A stretch of 29,969 bases of DNA from Pseudomonadota bacterium (GTDB lineage: Bacteria; Pseudomonadota; Gammaproteobacteria; Steroidobacterales; Steroidobacteraceae). The translations under genes and the position numbers were made by a program. The DNA is taken from the NCBI GenBank assembly GCA_018241455.1, contig JAFEDW010000001.1, forward strand, positions 1-29,969, read 5' to 3'. Positions 1 through 9,748 of the stretch are shown here, piece after piece. A model generated the notes under the pieces. It was not told where the DNA came from and did no database searches. It worked only from the letters and a program-made list of their open reading frames with translations. Each line of letters opens with the position of its first letter. Position 1 is the first letter of the stretch.

Positions 1-30
1 CCCGGCAGCGCCACGCGCCGCACCCCAGGT

Positions 31-2172
31 TTGAAAGACCTGCTGGCCAAGGTCAGCAGCTACCTGCCGGCTGAACAGGTCGAGCGCGTGCGCGCCGCGG
101 CCGAGTTCGGCGCCGCGGCGCACCAGGGCCAGAAGCGCCTGAGCGGCGAGCCGTACATCGCGCACCCGGTGGCGGCGGCCGAAATCCTCGCCGAACTGCA
201 TCTCGACGCCGATACGCTCATCGCGGCGATCCTGCACGATGTCATCGAAGATACGCCGACGCCGAAGGCCGAGATTGCCGCGCGCTTCGGCAATGATGTC
301 GCCGAGATCGTCGATGGCGTCACCAAGCTCGACCAGATCCAGTTCAAGAGCCGGCAGGAAGCGCAGGCCGAGAGTTTCCGCAAGATGTTGCTGGCGATGG
401 TGCGCGACCTGCGCGTCATCCTCGTCAAGCTCGCCGACCGCACGCACAACCTGCGCACGATGGATGCGGTGCCGCCGGCGAAGCGGCGGCTGGTGGCGCG
501 CGAGACGCTCGACATCTACGCGCCGGTGGCCGAACGGCTGGGCCTCTACACGATCAAGCTCGAGCTCGAAGAGCTCGGCTTCCGCACGCTGTACCCGCAG
601 CGCTATCGCGTCATCGAGCGCGCGCTGAAGCGCGCGATCGGCAACCAGAAGGAATTCCTCGGCAAGATCCGCGCGCAGTTCGAGCCGGCGCTGAAGAAGG
701 CCGGCATCAACGCGGTGGTCGAGACGCGCGAGAAGCACCTGTACAGCATCTACCAGAAGATGCAGCGCAAGCGCGCGCCGCTGGCCGAGATCGTCGACGT
801 GTACGGCTTGCGCATCATCGTCGACAGCGTCGACACCTGCTATCGGGCGATCGGCGTCGTGCACGGCGTGTACAAGCCGATGCCCGGGCGCTTCAAGGAC
901 TACATCGCGATTCCGCGCGTCAACGGCTACCAATCGCTCCATACGACGCTGTTCGGGCCGAACGCGGTGCCGATCGAGGTGCAGATCCGCACGCGCGAGA
1001 TGGACCAGGTGGCCGAGTCGGGCATCGCCGCGCACTGGAAATACAAGGAGCACGCCGGCGAAGGCTCGGCGCAGCAGGAGCGCGCGCGCACCTGGCTCAC
1101 GCACCTGATGCAGATGCAGGAGAGCGGCAACTCCGAGGAGTTCATCGAGAGCGTCAAGGTCGACCTGTTTCCCGACAAGGTCTACGTGTTCACGCCGCGC
1201 GGCGAGATATTGCGGCTGCCGCGCGGTGCGACCGTCGTGGATTTCGCCTACGCGGTGCACACCGACATCGGCAACCGCTGCGTCGCCGCGAAGGTCGACC
1301 GGCGGCTGACGCCGCTGCGCACCGTGCTGCGCAACGGCCAGACGGTGCACATCATCACCGCGAAGGGCGCGCGGCCGAATCCGGCCTGGGTGAATTTCGT
1401 CGTCACGGCGAAGGCGCGCAGCGGCATCCGGCACTACTTGAAGAGCCTGAAGAGCCATGAGGCGGTCGAACTGGGCCGTCGGCTGCTGCAGCAGGCGCTG
1501 GCCGAATTCCACGTCGACCTCGACGGCATCGAGCCGGCGACGCTGAGCGCCGCACTGGGCGAATTCGCGCTGCATTCGGCCGACGAGCTCTACGAGCGCA
1601 TCGGCCTCGGCGAGCGGCTGGCGCCGCTGGTCGCGCGCCGGCTGTTGCCGGGCGAGCAGTTGCGCAGCAGCGACGGCCAGGCGGCCGGCCAGGCCGCGCC
1701 GCTCGCGGTCGCCGGCGCCGAAGGGCTGCTGGTCACCTACGCGCACTGCTGCTACCCGCTGCCGGGCGATCCGATCCTCGCGTTCCTGAGCACCGGCCGC
1801 GGCATCGTCATCCACCGCGAAACCTGCGCCAACGTGGCCGACTACCGCAAGCACCCGGAGAACTGGCTGCCGGTCAACTGGCAGCCGAGCGACGGGCGGC
1901 TGTTCTACACCGAGATCCGCGTCGAAGCCGCAAACCGAATGGGCCTGCTGGCGGCCGTGTCGGCCGCGATCTCGGGCACGCAGACCAATATCTGCAGCGT
2001 CAACTTCCAGCACGAGGAGTCCGAGACCGTATCGATGGTGTTCGTGCTCGAGGTTCGCGACCGCGAGCACCTGGCGCGCGTGATCCGCACGGTGCGAAGG
2101 ATGACCGATGTGGTGCGCGTCGTGCGTACAATTGCCGGACAGAACCGCAAGAGGGAACCCGCACCACCATGA
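31..2172 (+). CDS. spoT: Bifunctional (p)ppGpp synthetase/hydrolase SpoT
   Basis: Intact HD hydrolase motif ([11 protein letters not shown]), synthetase motifs ([23 protein letters not shown]), TGS ([14 protein letters not shown]) and C-terminal ACT domain; followed by ridA-recG. The frame is open back to position 1, so the true start may lie upstream of the TTG at 31. Confidence 0.96.
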   Translation: MKDLLAKVSSYLPAEQVERVRAAAEFGAAAHQGQKRLSGEPYIAHPVAAAEILAELHLDADTLIAAILHDVIEDTPTPKAEIAARFGNDVAEIVDGVTKLDQIQFKSRQEAQAESFRKMLLAMVRDLRVILVKLADRTHNLRTMDAVPPAKRRLVARETLDIYAPVAERLGLYTIKLELEELGFRTLYPQRYRVIERALKRAIGNQKEFLGKIRAQFEPALKKAGINAVVETREKHLYSIYQKMQRKRAPLAEIVDVYGLRIIVDSVDTCYRAIGVVHGVYKPMPGRFKDYIAIPRVNGYQSLHTTLFGPNAVPIEVQIRTREMDQVAESGIAAHWKYKEHAGEGSAQQERARTWLTHLMQMQESGNSEEFIESVKVDLFPDKVYVFTPRGEILRLPRGATVVDFAYAVHTDIGNRCVAAKVDRRLTPLRTVLRNGQTVHIITAKGARPNPAWVNFVVTAKARSGIRHYLKSLKSHEAVELGRRLLQQALAEFHVDLDGIEPATLSAALGEFALHSADELYERIGLGERLAPLVARRLLPGEQLRSSDGQAAGQAAPLAVAGAEGLLVTYAHCCYPLPGDPILAFLSTGRGIVIHRETCANVADYRKHPENWLPVNWQPSDGRLFYTEIRVEAANRMGLLAAVSAAISGTQTNICSVNFQHEESETVSMVFVLEVRDREHLARVIRTVRRMTDVVRVVRTIAGQNRKREPAPP

Positions 2173-2549
2173 GCAGCATCGTCCACACCAAGAATGCGCC
2201 GCAGGCGATTGGCACCTACTCGCAGGCCGTGCGCGCCGGCGACACCGTGTACATCTCGGGACAGATCCCGCTCGACCCGGCGACCGGCGTACTGGTCAGC
2301 GGCGACATCGAGGCCGAGATCCGCCGGGTGTTCGACAACCTGAAGGCGATCGCCGAGGCGGCCGGTGGTTCGCTGAAGCATGCGGTCAAGCTGTCGGTGT
2401 TCCTGACCGACATGACGCATTTCCCGAAGGTCAACGAAATCATGGCGACCTACTTCAGCACGCCGTATCCGGCGCGCGCCGCGGTGGGCGTGGCCGCGTT
2501 GCCGCGCGGCGCGCGCGTCGAGATGGAGTGCATACTCAGCCTCGCATGA
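2169..2549 (+). CDS. ridA: RidA/YjgF family reactive imine deaminase
   Basis: [22 protein letters not shown], and catalytic Arg in YPARAAVGV; ATGA overlap with the spoT stop. Confidence 0.93.
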   Translation: MSSIVHTKNAPQAIGTYSQAVRAGDTVYISGQIPLDPATGVLVSGDIEAEIRRVFDNLKAIAEAAGGSLKHAVKLSVFLTDMTHFPKVNEIMATYFSTPYPARAAVGVAALPRGARVEMECILSLA

Positions 2550-4675
2550 GCCGCGCTCCGGGCCAGGCTCGGGCCGAAGCAGCGCGCACGGCGGCCGAGC
2601 GCACTGCGGCCGAGCGGACGGCGGCCAGCCTCGCGCTGCGCGGCGTCGGCCCGCAACTCGCGGCGCGCCTGTCGCGGCTCGGCGTGCGCACGCTGGGCGA
2701 CCTGTTGTTCGTGCTGCCGCTGCGCTACGAGGATCGCACGCGCGTCGTGCCGATCGGCGCGCTGCAGGCGGGCATGCGCGCGGTCGTCGAAGGCGAAGTG
2801 TTGCTGGCGGAGGTCGTGATCCGCCGCCGCCGGCAACTGATGGTGCGCTTAAGCGACGGCACCGGCTCGCTGACGCTGCGTTTCTTCCACTTCTCGAACG
2901 CGCAACGCGCCGGGCTGGCGCGCGGCACACGCCTGCGTTGCCACGGCGAGGTGCGCCGCGGGCCGCTCGGGCTCGAGATCGTGCACCCGGAGTATCGCGG
3001 CATCGGCGCGACCGGTGAACCGCTGCCACAGACGCTGACGCCGATCTATCCCTCGACCGAAGGCATCACGCAGGGTCGGTTGCGCGGTCTCGTGCAGCGC
3101 GCGTTCGCCGCGACGCCGGCCACGGCGCTGATCGATTTCCTGCCGCACGAATTGCGCGCGCAGCTGCACTTGCCCGAGCTGCGCGCCGCGCTCGATTTCC
3201 TGCACCAGCCGCCGGTCGGCACCGAACTGGCGACGCTCGCCGCCGGCGCGCATCCGGCGCAGCGGCGGCTCGCGCTCGAGGAGTTGCTCGCGCACCAGCT
3301 CTCGCTGATGGCGCTGCGCCGGGCGACCAAGGCGGACAACGCCCGCGCGCTGATCGGCGGCCGCGCGTTGCAGCAGCGTTTCCTCGCGCAGCTGCCGTTC
3401 CGCTTCACCGCCGCGCAGACGCGCGTGCTCGGCGAGATCAACCAGGATCTCGCCCTGCCGCAGCCGATGACGCGGCTGGTGCAGGGCGATGTCGGTTGCG
3501 GCAAGACCGCGGTCGCCGCGGCCGCGGCCGCGCTCGCGCTCGGATCGAACCTGCAGGTGGCGCTGATGTCGCCGACCGAGCTGCTGGCCGAACAGCATGC
3601 GCGCACGCTGACGAACTGGTTCGCGCCGCTCGGCATTCCGGTCGCGCTGGTCACCGGCTCGATGAACGCGCGCGCGCGCCGCACGGCGCTCGAGGGCATC
3701 GCGACCGGCCAACTGCCGCTCGTGGTCGGTACGCACGCGCTGTTCCAGGAGAGCATGGAGTTCCACTCGCTCGCGCTGGCGATCATCGACGAGCAGCACC
3801 GCTTCGGCGTGGAGCAGCGCCTGTTGTTGCGGCAGAAGGGCCGCGGCCAGATGCCGCACCAGCTGATCATGACCGCGACGCCGATTCCGCGCACACTGGC
3901 GATGACCGCATACGCCGACCTCGATGTTTCGGTGATCGACGAACTGCCGCCCGGCCGCACACCGGTGCGCACGGTCGTCGTGCCCAGCGAGCGCCGCGCC
4001 GAAATCGTCGCACGCATCGACGAGGCCTGCCGCAACGGCGGCCAGGCCTATTGGGTGTGCGCGTTGATCGAGGAATCGGAGGAGTTGCGTTGCCAGGCCG
4101 CGGAGGAATCCGCCGCGGCGCTGACCGAGGCGCTGCCGCACCTGCGCGTCGGCCTCGTGCACGGGCGCCTCGCGCCGGCGCGCAAGGAAGCGGTGATGCA
4201 CGCGTTCGCGCGCGGCGAGATCCAGCTGCTCGTCGCGACCACCGTCATCGAAGTGGGCGTCGACGTGCCGAACGCCAGCGTCATGGTGATCGACAACGCC
4301 GAGCGCATGGGGCTGGCGCAGCTGCACCAGCTGCGCGGCCGCGTCGGCCGCGGCGCGCACGCGAGCAGCTGCGTATTGTTGTACCGCGCACCGCTGTCGG
4401 AGCTGGCGCGCGCGCGGCTCAAGGTCCTGCGCGAGAGCAACGACGGCTTCGAGATCGCGCGGCGCGACCTGGAGTTGCGCGGCCCGGGCGAACTGCTCGG
4501 CACGCGCCAGACCGGGCTCGCGCAACTGCGCGTGGCCGACCTGATTCGCGACGCCGACCTGCTGCCGCAGGTGCGCGCCGCGGCCGAACAATTGCAACGC
4601 GAGCAGCCGCAGGCCTGCCTCGGGTTGATCGCGCGCTGGATTGGCGCCGGAGAGCAATATGGCCAGGTTGGTTGA
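2546..4675 (+). CDS. recG: ATP-dependent DNA helicase RecG
   Basis: LPLRYEDR wedge motif, QGDVGCGKT Walker A, DEQH box, [17 protein letters not shown]. Start placed at ATG 2546 (ATGA overlap with ridA stop) rather than the ORF-track 2108. Confidence 0.96.
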   Translation: MSRAPGQARAEAARTAAERTAAERTAASLALRGVGPQLAARLSRLGVRTLGDLLFVLPLRYEDRTRVVPIGALQAGMRAVVEGEVLLAEVVIRRRRQLMVRLSDGTGSLTLRFFHFSNAQRAGLARGTRLRCHGEVRRGPLGLEIVHPEYRGIGATGEPLPQTLTPIYPSTEGITQGRLRGLVQRAFAATPATALIDFLPHELRAQLHLPELRAALDFLHQPPVGTELATLAAGAHPAQRRLALEELLAHQLSLMALRRATKADNARALIGGRALQQRFLAQLPFRFTAAQTRVLGEINQDLALPQPMTRLVQGDVGCGKTAVAAAAAALALGSNLQVALMSPTELLAEQHARTLTNWFAPLGIPVALVTGSMNARARRTALEGIATGQLPLVVGTHALFQESMEFHSLALAIIDEQHRFGVEQRLLLRQKGRGQMPHQLIMTATPIPRTLAMTAYADLDVSVIDELPPGRTPVRTVVVPSERRAEIVARIDEACRNGGQAYWVCALIEESEELRCQAAEESAAALTEALPHLRVGLVHGRLAPARKEAVMHAFARGEIQLLVATTVIEVGVDVPNASVMVIDNAERMGLAQLHQLRGRVGRGAHASSCVLLYRAPLSELARARLKVLRESNDGFEIARRDLELRGPGELLGTRQTGLAQLRVADLIRDADLLPQVRAAAEQLQREQPQACLGLIARWIGAGEQYGQVG
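2585..2629 (+). repeat. Imperfect 15-bp tandem repeat x3 encoding [15 protein letters not shown] in the RecG N-terminus
   Basis: cgcacggcggccgag / cgcactgcggccgag / cggacggcggccagc read directly. Confidence 0.75.
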
Positions 4676-5783
4676 TTTCGAACTGCCCGTCGAAGGCCCC
4701 GGCTCGCAAACCGCGCTGGACTTCACGGCCTCGGAGGAAGCGCTCGCCGAGCTCGAACCACCCGTGACGACTCCGCCCGAGCCGCCAGAGCCTGCGCCTG
4801 CGACGCGCGCCGAATTCCTGCCCGATGAGCCGATCCTCGCGGCACCGCCGCCCGCCGCATTCACGCCGGCTGCGCCGGCACCGGCCGTATTGGCGCCGGC
4901 CGCGGCATCCGCGTCGCACTGGCTGATTCCGCGGCTCGCCGATTTCGCGCTGCTGATGCGCCTCGATCGTCCGATCGGCACCTGGCTGCTGCTGTGGCCG
5001 ACGCTGTGGGCGCTGTGGATCGCTTCCGGCGGCCATCCGCAGCCGCGGCTGCTCGTCATCTTCATCGTCGGCACGGTGCTGATGCGCTCGGCTGGTTGCG
5101 TCGTCAACGACCTGTGGGATCGCGACATCGATCCGCACGTGCGCCGCACGCGCACGCGGCCGCTCGCGGCGCGGCGCGTGACGCCGGCCGAGGCGCTCGC
5201 GCTGTTCGCGGCGCTGCTGGGCGCGGCCTTGCTGCTGGTGCTGCAGCTCAACGCGCTGTGCCTGAAGCTGGCGTTCATCGGCGCCGCGTTGACGGCCACG
5301 TATCCGCTGTTCAAACGCTTCTTCGCCATCCCGCAGTTGTATCTCGGACTGTGCTTCGCCTGGGGCGTGCCGATGGCCTACGCCGCCGAACTCGGTGTCG
5401 TGCCGCGCGCCGGCTGGGTGTTCATGCTCGCGGCGGTCGTGTGGGCCGGCGTGTACGACACTTTCTATGCGATGGCCGACCGGCCCGATGACCTGCGCCT
5501 GGGGCTCAAGTCGAGCGCGATCACGTTCGCCGACATGGACCTGCTGATGATCGGCATCATGCAGCTGATGGTGCTGGCGGCGCTGCTGTTCGGCGGGCGT
5601 CTGATGGAATTCGACGCGCCCTACTACTGGACGCTTGGCGTAGCCGCCGCCTGCTTCGCGTGGCAGCAATGGCTGGCGCGCGGCCGCGATGCCGAGGGGT
5701 GCATGGCCGCGTTCCACAACAACAACTACGTCGGCGTGCTGGTGCTGGCCGGCGTGATCCTGCAGTACAGCGCACAGCGCTGA
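4659..5783 (+). CDS. ubiA: 4-hydroxybenzoate polyprenyltransferase UbiA with Pro/acidic N-terminal extension
   Basis: MRLDRPIGTWLLLWP, NDLWDRDIDPHVRRTRTRPLA, YDTFYAMADRPDD, hydrophobic TM helices; GGAGAG SD just upstream of ATG 4659. Alternative in-frame TTG at 4890 would give a normal-length protein. Confidence 0.92.
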   Translation: MARLVDFELPVEGPGSQTALDFTASEEALAELEPPVTTPPEPPEPAPATRAEFLPDEPILAAPPPAAFTPAAPAPAVLAPAAASASHWLIPRLADFALLMRLDRPIGTWLLLWPTLWALWIASGGHPQPRLLVIFIVGTVLMRSAGCVVNDLWDRDIDPHVRRTRTRPLAARRVTPAEALALFAALLGAALLLVLQLNALCLKLAFIGAALTATYPLFKRFFAIPQLYLGLCFAWGVPMAYAAELGVVPRAGWVFMLAAVVWAGVYDTFYAMADRPDDLRLGLKSSAITFADMDLLMIGIMQLMVLAALLFGGRLMEFDAPYYWTLGVAAACFAWQQWLARGRDAEGCMAAFHNNNYVGVLVLAGVILQYSAQR

Positions 5784-5811
5784 GCATTGCCCGCGGCGCC
5801 CGCTACCGTTC

Positions 5812-6015
5812 CTAGCCTTCCGGCCGCCACGGCCGACCGAGGCGCTGCTCTATATATGTGCGGATCAACCTGCGCACCAGTTGCGAGGGCGTGAGGTCTT
5901 CCGACGCGCACAGCTGTTCCAGCACCGCCTTCTTGCGCGGATCGATCAGGATCGTCAGCCGCGCGGTGCGCTCTTCGCCGCGACCGCTGCCGCGTTCGCC
6001 GGCGCGCTTCCTCAT
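5812..6015 (-). CDS. Small ribbon-helix-helix (CopG-like) DNA-binding protein
   Basis: TARLTILID (beta strand), PRKKAVLEQLCASED (helix A), LTPSQLVRRLIRTYI (helix B) match RHH architecture; divergent from the Ehr operon. Start is ATG 6015 or 6036. Confidence 0.82.
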   Translation of the reverse strand: MRKRAGERGSGRGEERTARLTILIDPRKKAVLEQLCASEDLTPSQLVRRLIRTYIEQRLGRPWRPEG

Positions 6016-6121
6016 CGGTTTACTTGTCGGGTGCATAGGATGATAATGAAAGCGTAATTGGATTCACTGCGATCCGCAACCCGGCCGCGCCGGCTGCGGC
6101 GCCCGGAACGGTGGCTATGCT

Positions 6122-8128
6122 GTGCTGACCCTGCCGACCACGCCGCTGGATGGCTGCCTGACGGTGATCGCGGCCTGGGGCGTCATCGGACTCGCCGGAT
6201 TGCTCCGGCCGCACAGCGTCCGGTTCGTCGGGCGTGTACTGTTTCCGCTGAGCGCCGTGTGCGGGCTGGCGCTCGCGGTCGTGGCGGCCCGCGGCATCGG
6301 CGCACCGGCGACGCACGCCGTGCTGCTCATCGGCCTGCCCGACCTGCCGCTGCACCTGCGCAGCGATGCCCTCGCCTGCCTGTTCCTGACGATGCTCGGT
6401 GCAGCGACGACCGGCATCTCGCTGTTCGCGGGCGGCTACTTCCGCCAGGGGCACGGCGCGGCGCCGGGGTTGCTGTGCCTGCAATACCACATCTTCCTCG
6501 CGAGCATGGGCTGCGTGCTGCTGGCCGACGACGCGTACGCGTTCATGGTCGCCTGGGAATCGATGGCGCTGTCTTCCTATTTCCTCGTGACCACGCAGCA
6601 CCGGCTGGCGGAGATCCGCCGTGCCGGTTTCATCTACCTGCTGATCGCGCACCTGGGCGCGCTGGCCATCCTGCTCAGCTTCGGCGTGCTGCAGGGCGGC
6701 AGCTGGCAGTTCACGTTCGACTCGATGCGCGCCGCGCATCTGAGCCCGCCGTGGGCCACTGCCGCGTTCCTGCTCGCACTGCTCGGCTTCGGCGCCAAGG
6801 CGGGACTGGTGCCGCTGCACGTGTGGCTGCCCGAGGCACACCCGGCCGCGCCGTCGCCGGTGTCGGCGCTGATGAGCGGCGTGATGCTGAAGACCGCGGT
6901 CTACGGCGTGCTGCGCGTCAGTTTCGATCTGCTCGGCGCACCGCCGTGGTGGTGGGGCCTGGTCGCGCTCGGCGTCGGCCTCGGCAGTGCCTTCTACGGC
7001 GTGATCTTCACCGCGGTGCAGACCGACATGAAGCGGCTGCTGGCCTGGTCGTCGATCGAGAACATCGGCATCGTCTTTGCCGGCCTCGGGCTGGCGATCA
7101 TCTTCCACGGCTTCGGCATGGGCGCGCTGGCGGCGCTGGCGTTGATCGCCTCGCTCTACCATTGCCTGAACCACGCCTGCATGAAGAGCCTGCTGTTCCT
7201 CGGCACCGGCGCCGTGCTGCACGCCACCGGCGAGCGCAACCTCGGTAAGCTCGGCGGCTTGATCCACCGCATGCCGTGGGTGGCCTGGCTGACGCTGATC
7301 GGCGCGCTGGCGATCGCCGGCCTGCCGCCGCTGAATGGATTCGTGTCCGAATGGCTGCTGCTGCAGGCCTTCCTGTTCGCCGGCGACGTGCCGCGCGCCT
7401 TCGTCGACATGCTGCTGCCGATCGGCGCCGCGATCGTCGCGCTGTGCACCGCGCTCGCCGGCTACGCGATGGTGAAATTCTACGGCGTGATCTTCCTCGG
7501 CCAGCCGCGCGAGCCGACACTCGCCGGCGCGCAGGATGCCGGCATGCTCGAGCGGCTGGGACTCGTCTGGCTCGCGGCGGGCTGCGTCGCGCTCGGCTTG
7601 TTCCCGGTGCAGGTGATCGGCCAGCTCAATGTCGTCACCCACAGCCTGCTCGGCGCCGCGCTGGCCGATCCAACCGCACACTGGTGGCTGTTGGCGCCCG
7701 CCGTGGCCCGCGGTGCCGCCTATGGCCCGTTGGTGTTCCTGCTGGTCTCCGCGGTGGTCATCGTGCTGACGCTGCTGGCGGTGCGCATGTTCTACCACCG
7801 CCGCGTGCGGCGCGCTCCGCCGTGGGACTGCGGCTTCGCGCGTCTCGACGCGCGCATGCAGGATTCCGCCGAGGGCTTCGGCCAGCCGATCCGGCACATC
7901 TTCCAGCCGTTCTTCCTCATCGACCGCGAGCTGCCGACCGCCTTCGACAGCAAGCCTCGCTATCGGATGTCGGTCGCCGACCGCATCTGGCGCTTCGGCT
8001 ATGAACCGGTCGGCCAGGCGGTGCGGCGCATGGCCGAACTGGTCACGGTGCTGCAGCAGGGGCGCATCTCGACCTACCTGCTCTACAGCTTCGTCACGCT
8101 GCTGGTGCTGTTGGCGCTGGTGCTATGA
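6122..8128 (+). CDS. hyfB: Hydrogenase-4 subunit B-like antiporter module (NuoL/M/N-MrpD family; EhrA type)
   Basis: Many TM helices; FMVAWESMALSSYFLV, KAGLVPLHVWLPEAHPAAPSPVSALMSG, KRLLAWSSIENIG, C-terminal WDCGF...MQDSAEGF. GTG start. Confidence 0.9.
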   Translation: MLTLPTTPLDGCLTVIAAWGVIGLAGLLRPHSVRFVGRVLFPLSAVCGLALAVVAARGIGAPATHAVLLIGLPDLPLHLRSDALACLFLTMLGAATTGISLFAGGYFRQGHGAAPGLLCLQYHIFLASMGCVLLADDAYAFMVAWESMALSSYFLVTTQHRLAEIRRAGFIYLLIAHLGALAILLSFGVLQGGSWQFTFDSMRAAHLSPPWATAAFLLALLGFGAKAGLVPLHVWLPEAHPAAPSPVSALMSGVMLKTAVYGVLRVSFDLLGAPPWWWGLVALGVGLGSAFYGVIFTAVQTDMKRLLAWSSIENIGIVFAGLGLAIIFHGFGMGALAALALIASLYHCLNHACMKSLLFLGTGAVLHATGERNLGKLGGLIHRMPWVAWLTLIGALAIAGLPPLNGFVSEWLLLQAFLFAGDVPRAFVDMLLPIGAAIVALCTALAGYAMVKFYGVIFLGQPREPTLAGAQDAGMLERLGLVWLAAGCVALGLFPVQVIGQLNVVTHSLLGAALADPTAHWWLLAPAVARGAAYGPLVFLLVSAVVIVLTLLAVRMFYHRRVRRAPPWDCGFARLDARMQDSAEGFGQPIRHIFQPFFLIDRELPTAFDSKPRYRMSVADRIWRFGYEPVGQAVRRMAELVTVLQQGRISTYLLYSFVTLLVLLALVL

Positions 8129-9075
8129 GCCCGCTCAATCTCACTACCCAGGCCCTGGAGATCATCGCGGCGATCGCGGCCGCGCCGCTGTTCGTCGGCT
8201 GGGTCAACCAGTGCCGCGCCTGGCTGCAGAACCGCAGCGCGCCGAGCGTCCTGCAGCCCTACCGCGGCATCCGCAAGCTGTTCCACAAGGATGCGGTGCT
8301 CGCCGAGCGCGCCTCGCCGCTGTTCCGCATCGCGCCCTACATGGTGTTCGGCGCGATGGTGCTGGCCGCGGCCATCATTCCCTCGATGGGCACGCGATTG
8401 CCGCTCACTGTCGCCGCCGACAGCATCGCCCTGGTCGGGCTGCTCGCGACCGCGCGCATGTTCATGTCGCTCGCGGCGATGGACGTCGGCACCGCGTTCG
8501 GCACGCTCGGGGCGCGCCGCGAAATGATGGTCGGGTTCCTGGCCGAGCCGGCGCTGCTGATGGTGATCTTCGTCGCGGCGCTGATCTCGCAGACCACTTC
8601 GCTCGCGGCGATCGCCGAACACCTGAGCAGCCAGACGCTGGCGCTCTATCCGAGCCTGGCCTTCACCGCCGTCGCGTTCACGCTGGTACTGCTGGCCGAG
8701 AACGCGCGCATCCCGGTCGATAATCCGGCCACGCACCTGGAACTGACGATGATCCACGAGGCGATGTTGCTGGAGTACTCGGCGCGCCACCTCGCGCTGA
8801 TGGAATGGGCGGCGGCGCTGAAGTTGTTCAACTACGTCTGCATCGGCGTGGCGTTGTTCGTGCCCTGGGGCGTGGCGACCGAGAGCCAGGGTCCGCTCGG
8901 ACTGCTCGTTTCGGTGCCGGTGCTGGCACTGAAGCTCTGCGGGGCCGGCGCCGGCCTGGCGGTCATCGAGACCGTGTCGGCGAAATTGCGCGTGTTCCGC
9001 GCCCCGGAACTGATGGCCACCGCCTTCCTGTTCGCCGTGCTGGGCCTGCTGGTCCACCTGTTGCTGGGAGCCTGA
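8125..9075 (+). CDS. hyfC: HyfC/HycD-like NuoH-family membrane subunit
   Basis: LQPYRGIRKLFHK, GARREMMVGFLAEP, AENARIPVDNPATHLELTMIHEAMLLEYS; ATGA overlap with hyfB. Confidence 0.9.
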   Translation: MSPLNLTTQALEIIAAIAAAPLFVGWVNQCRAWLQNRSAPSVLQPYRGIRKLFHKDAVLAERASPLFRIAPYMVFGAMVLAAAIIPSMGTRLPLTVAADSIALVGLLATARMFMSLAAMDVGTAFGTLGARREMMVGFLAEPALLMVIFVAALISQTTSLAAIAEHLSSQTLALYPSLAFTAVAFTLVLLAENARIPVDNPATHLELTMIHEAMLLEYSARHLALMEWAAALKLFNYVCIGVALFVPWGVATESQGPLGLLVSVPVLALKLCGAGAGLAVIETVSAKLRVFRAPELMATAFLFAVLGLLVHLLLGA

Positions 9076-9078
9076 ACC

Positions 9079-9747
9079 GTGGTGCACGTGCCGCTGCTGC
9101 TGCAACTCGTCAACACCTGCGCCGCCGGGCTGCTGCTGCTGTCGTTCGCGATGCTGTCGCAGCGGCGGGTCGTGACGCTGGTGTACCTGCTGGCCACGCA
9201 GGGCGCGCTGCTGTGCCTGGCCACGCTGCTGCTCGCGTGGCGCACGCACCAGCATCACCTGTACATCTCCGCCGCGCTGACGCTCGGCCTCAAGGTGATG
9301 TTCCTGCCGTGGCTCCTGCACCGGTTGATCCGCCGGCTCGACGTCTATTGGGACACCGAGCCGCTGCTGAACACCTCGGTCACGATGCTGCTCGGGTTGG
9401 TGATCGTGGTATTCGCCTTCGGCCTGGCGCAGCCGATCGCCGCGCTGTCCAGCACGGCGGCGCGCAGCACCATCGGCATCGCGATCGCGGTGATCCTGCT
9501 GGCCTTCATGATGATGATCACGCGCCGCAAGGCCATGTCGCAGGTGATCGGCTTCCTGTCGATGGAGAACGGCCTGTTCTTCGGCGCGATGAGCGCCACC
9601 TACGGCATGCCGATGGTGGTGGAACTCGGCGTCGCGCTCGACGTGCTGGTGGCGATGCTGGTGCTGGGGGTGTTCTTCTTCCAGATCCGGGAGCAGTTCG
9701 ACAGCCTCGACCTGCATCACCTGGAATCGCTGAAGGAGAAACCGTAG
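9079..9747 (+). CDS. hyfE: HyfE-like membrane subunit
   Basis: TRRKAMSQVIGFLSMENG, MPMVVELGVALDVLV, IREQFDSLDLHHLESLKE; position in operon. Confidence 0.88.
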   Translation: MVHVPLLLQLVNTCAAGLLLLSFAMLSQRRVVTLVYLLATQGALLCLATLLLAWRTHQHHLYISAALTLGLKVMFLPWLLHRLIRRLDVYWDTEPLLNTSVTMLLGLVIVVFAFGLAQPIAALSSTAARSTIGIAIAVILLAFMMMITRRKAMSQVIGFLSMENGLFFGAMSATYGMPMVVELGVALDVLVAMLVLGVFFFQIREQFDSLDLHHLESLKEKP

Positions 9748-9748
9748 C

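Noticed and set aside
2108-2545. ORF-track N-terminal extension of RecG
   Set aside because: Overlaps all of ridA in another frame; the ATGA junction at 2546 is the credible start.
2849-5329. 826-aa minus-strand ORF and other long ORFs over recG/ubiA
   Set aside because: Shadow frames of well-supported genes with no recognisable domains.
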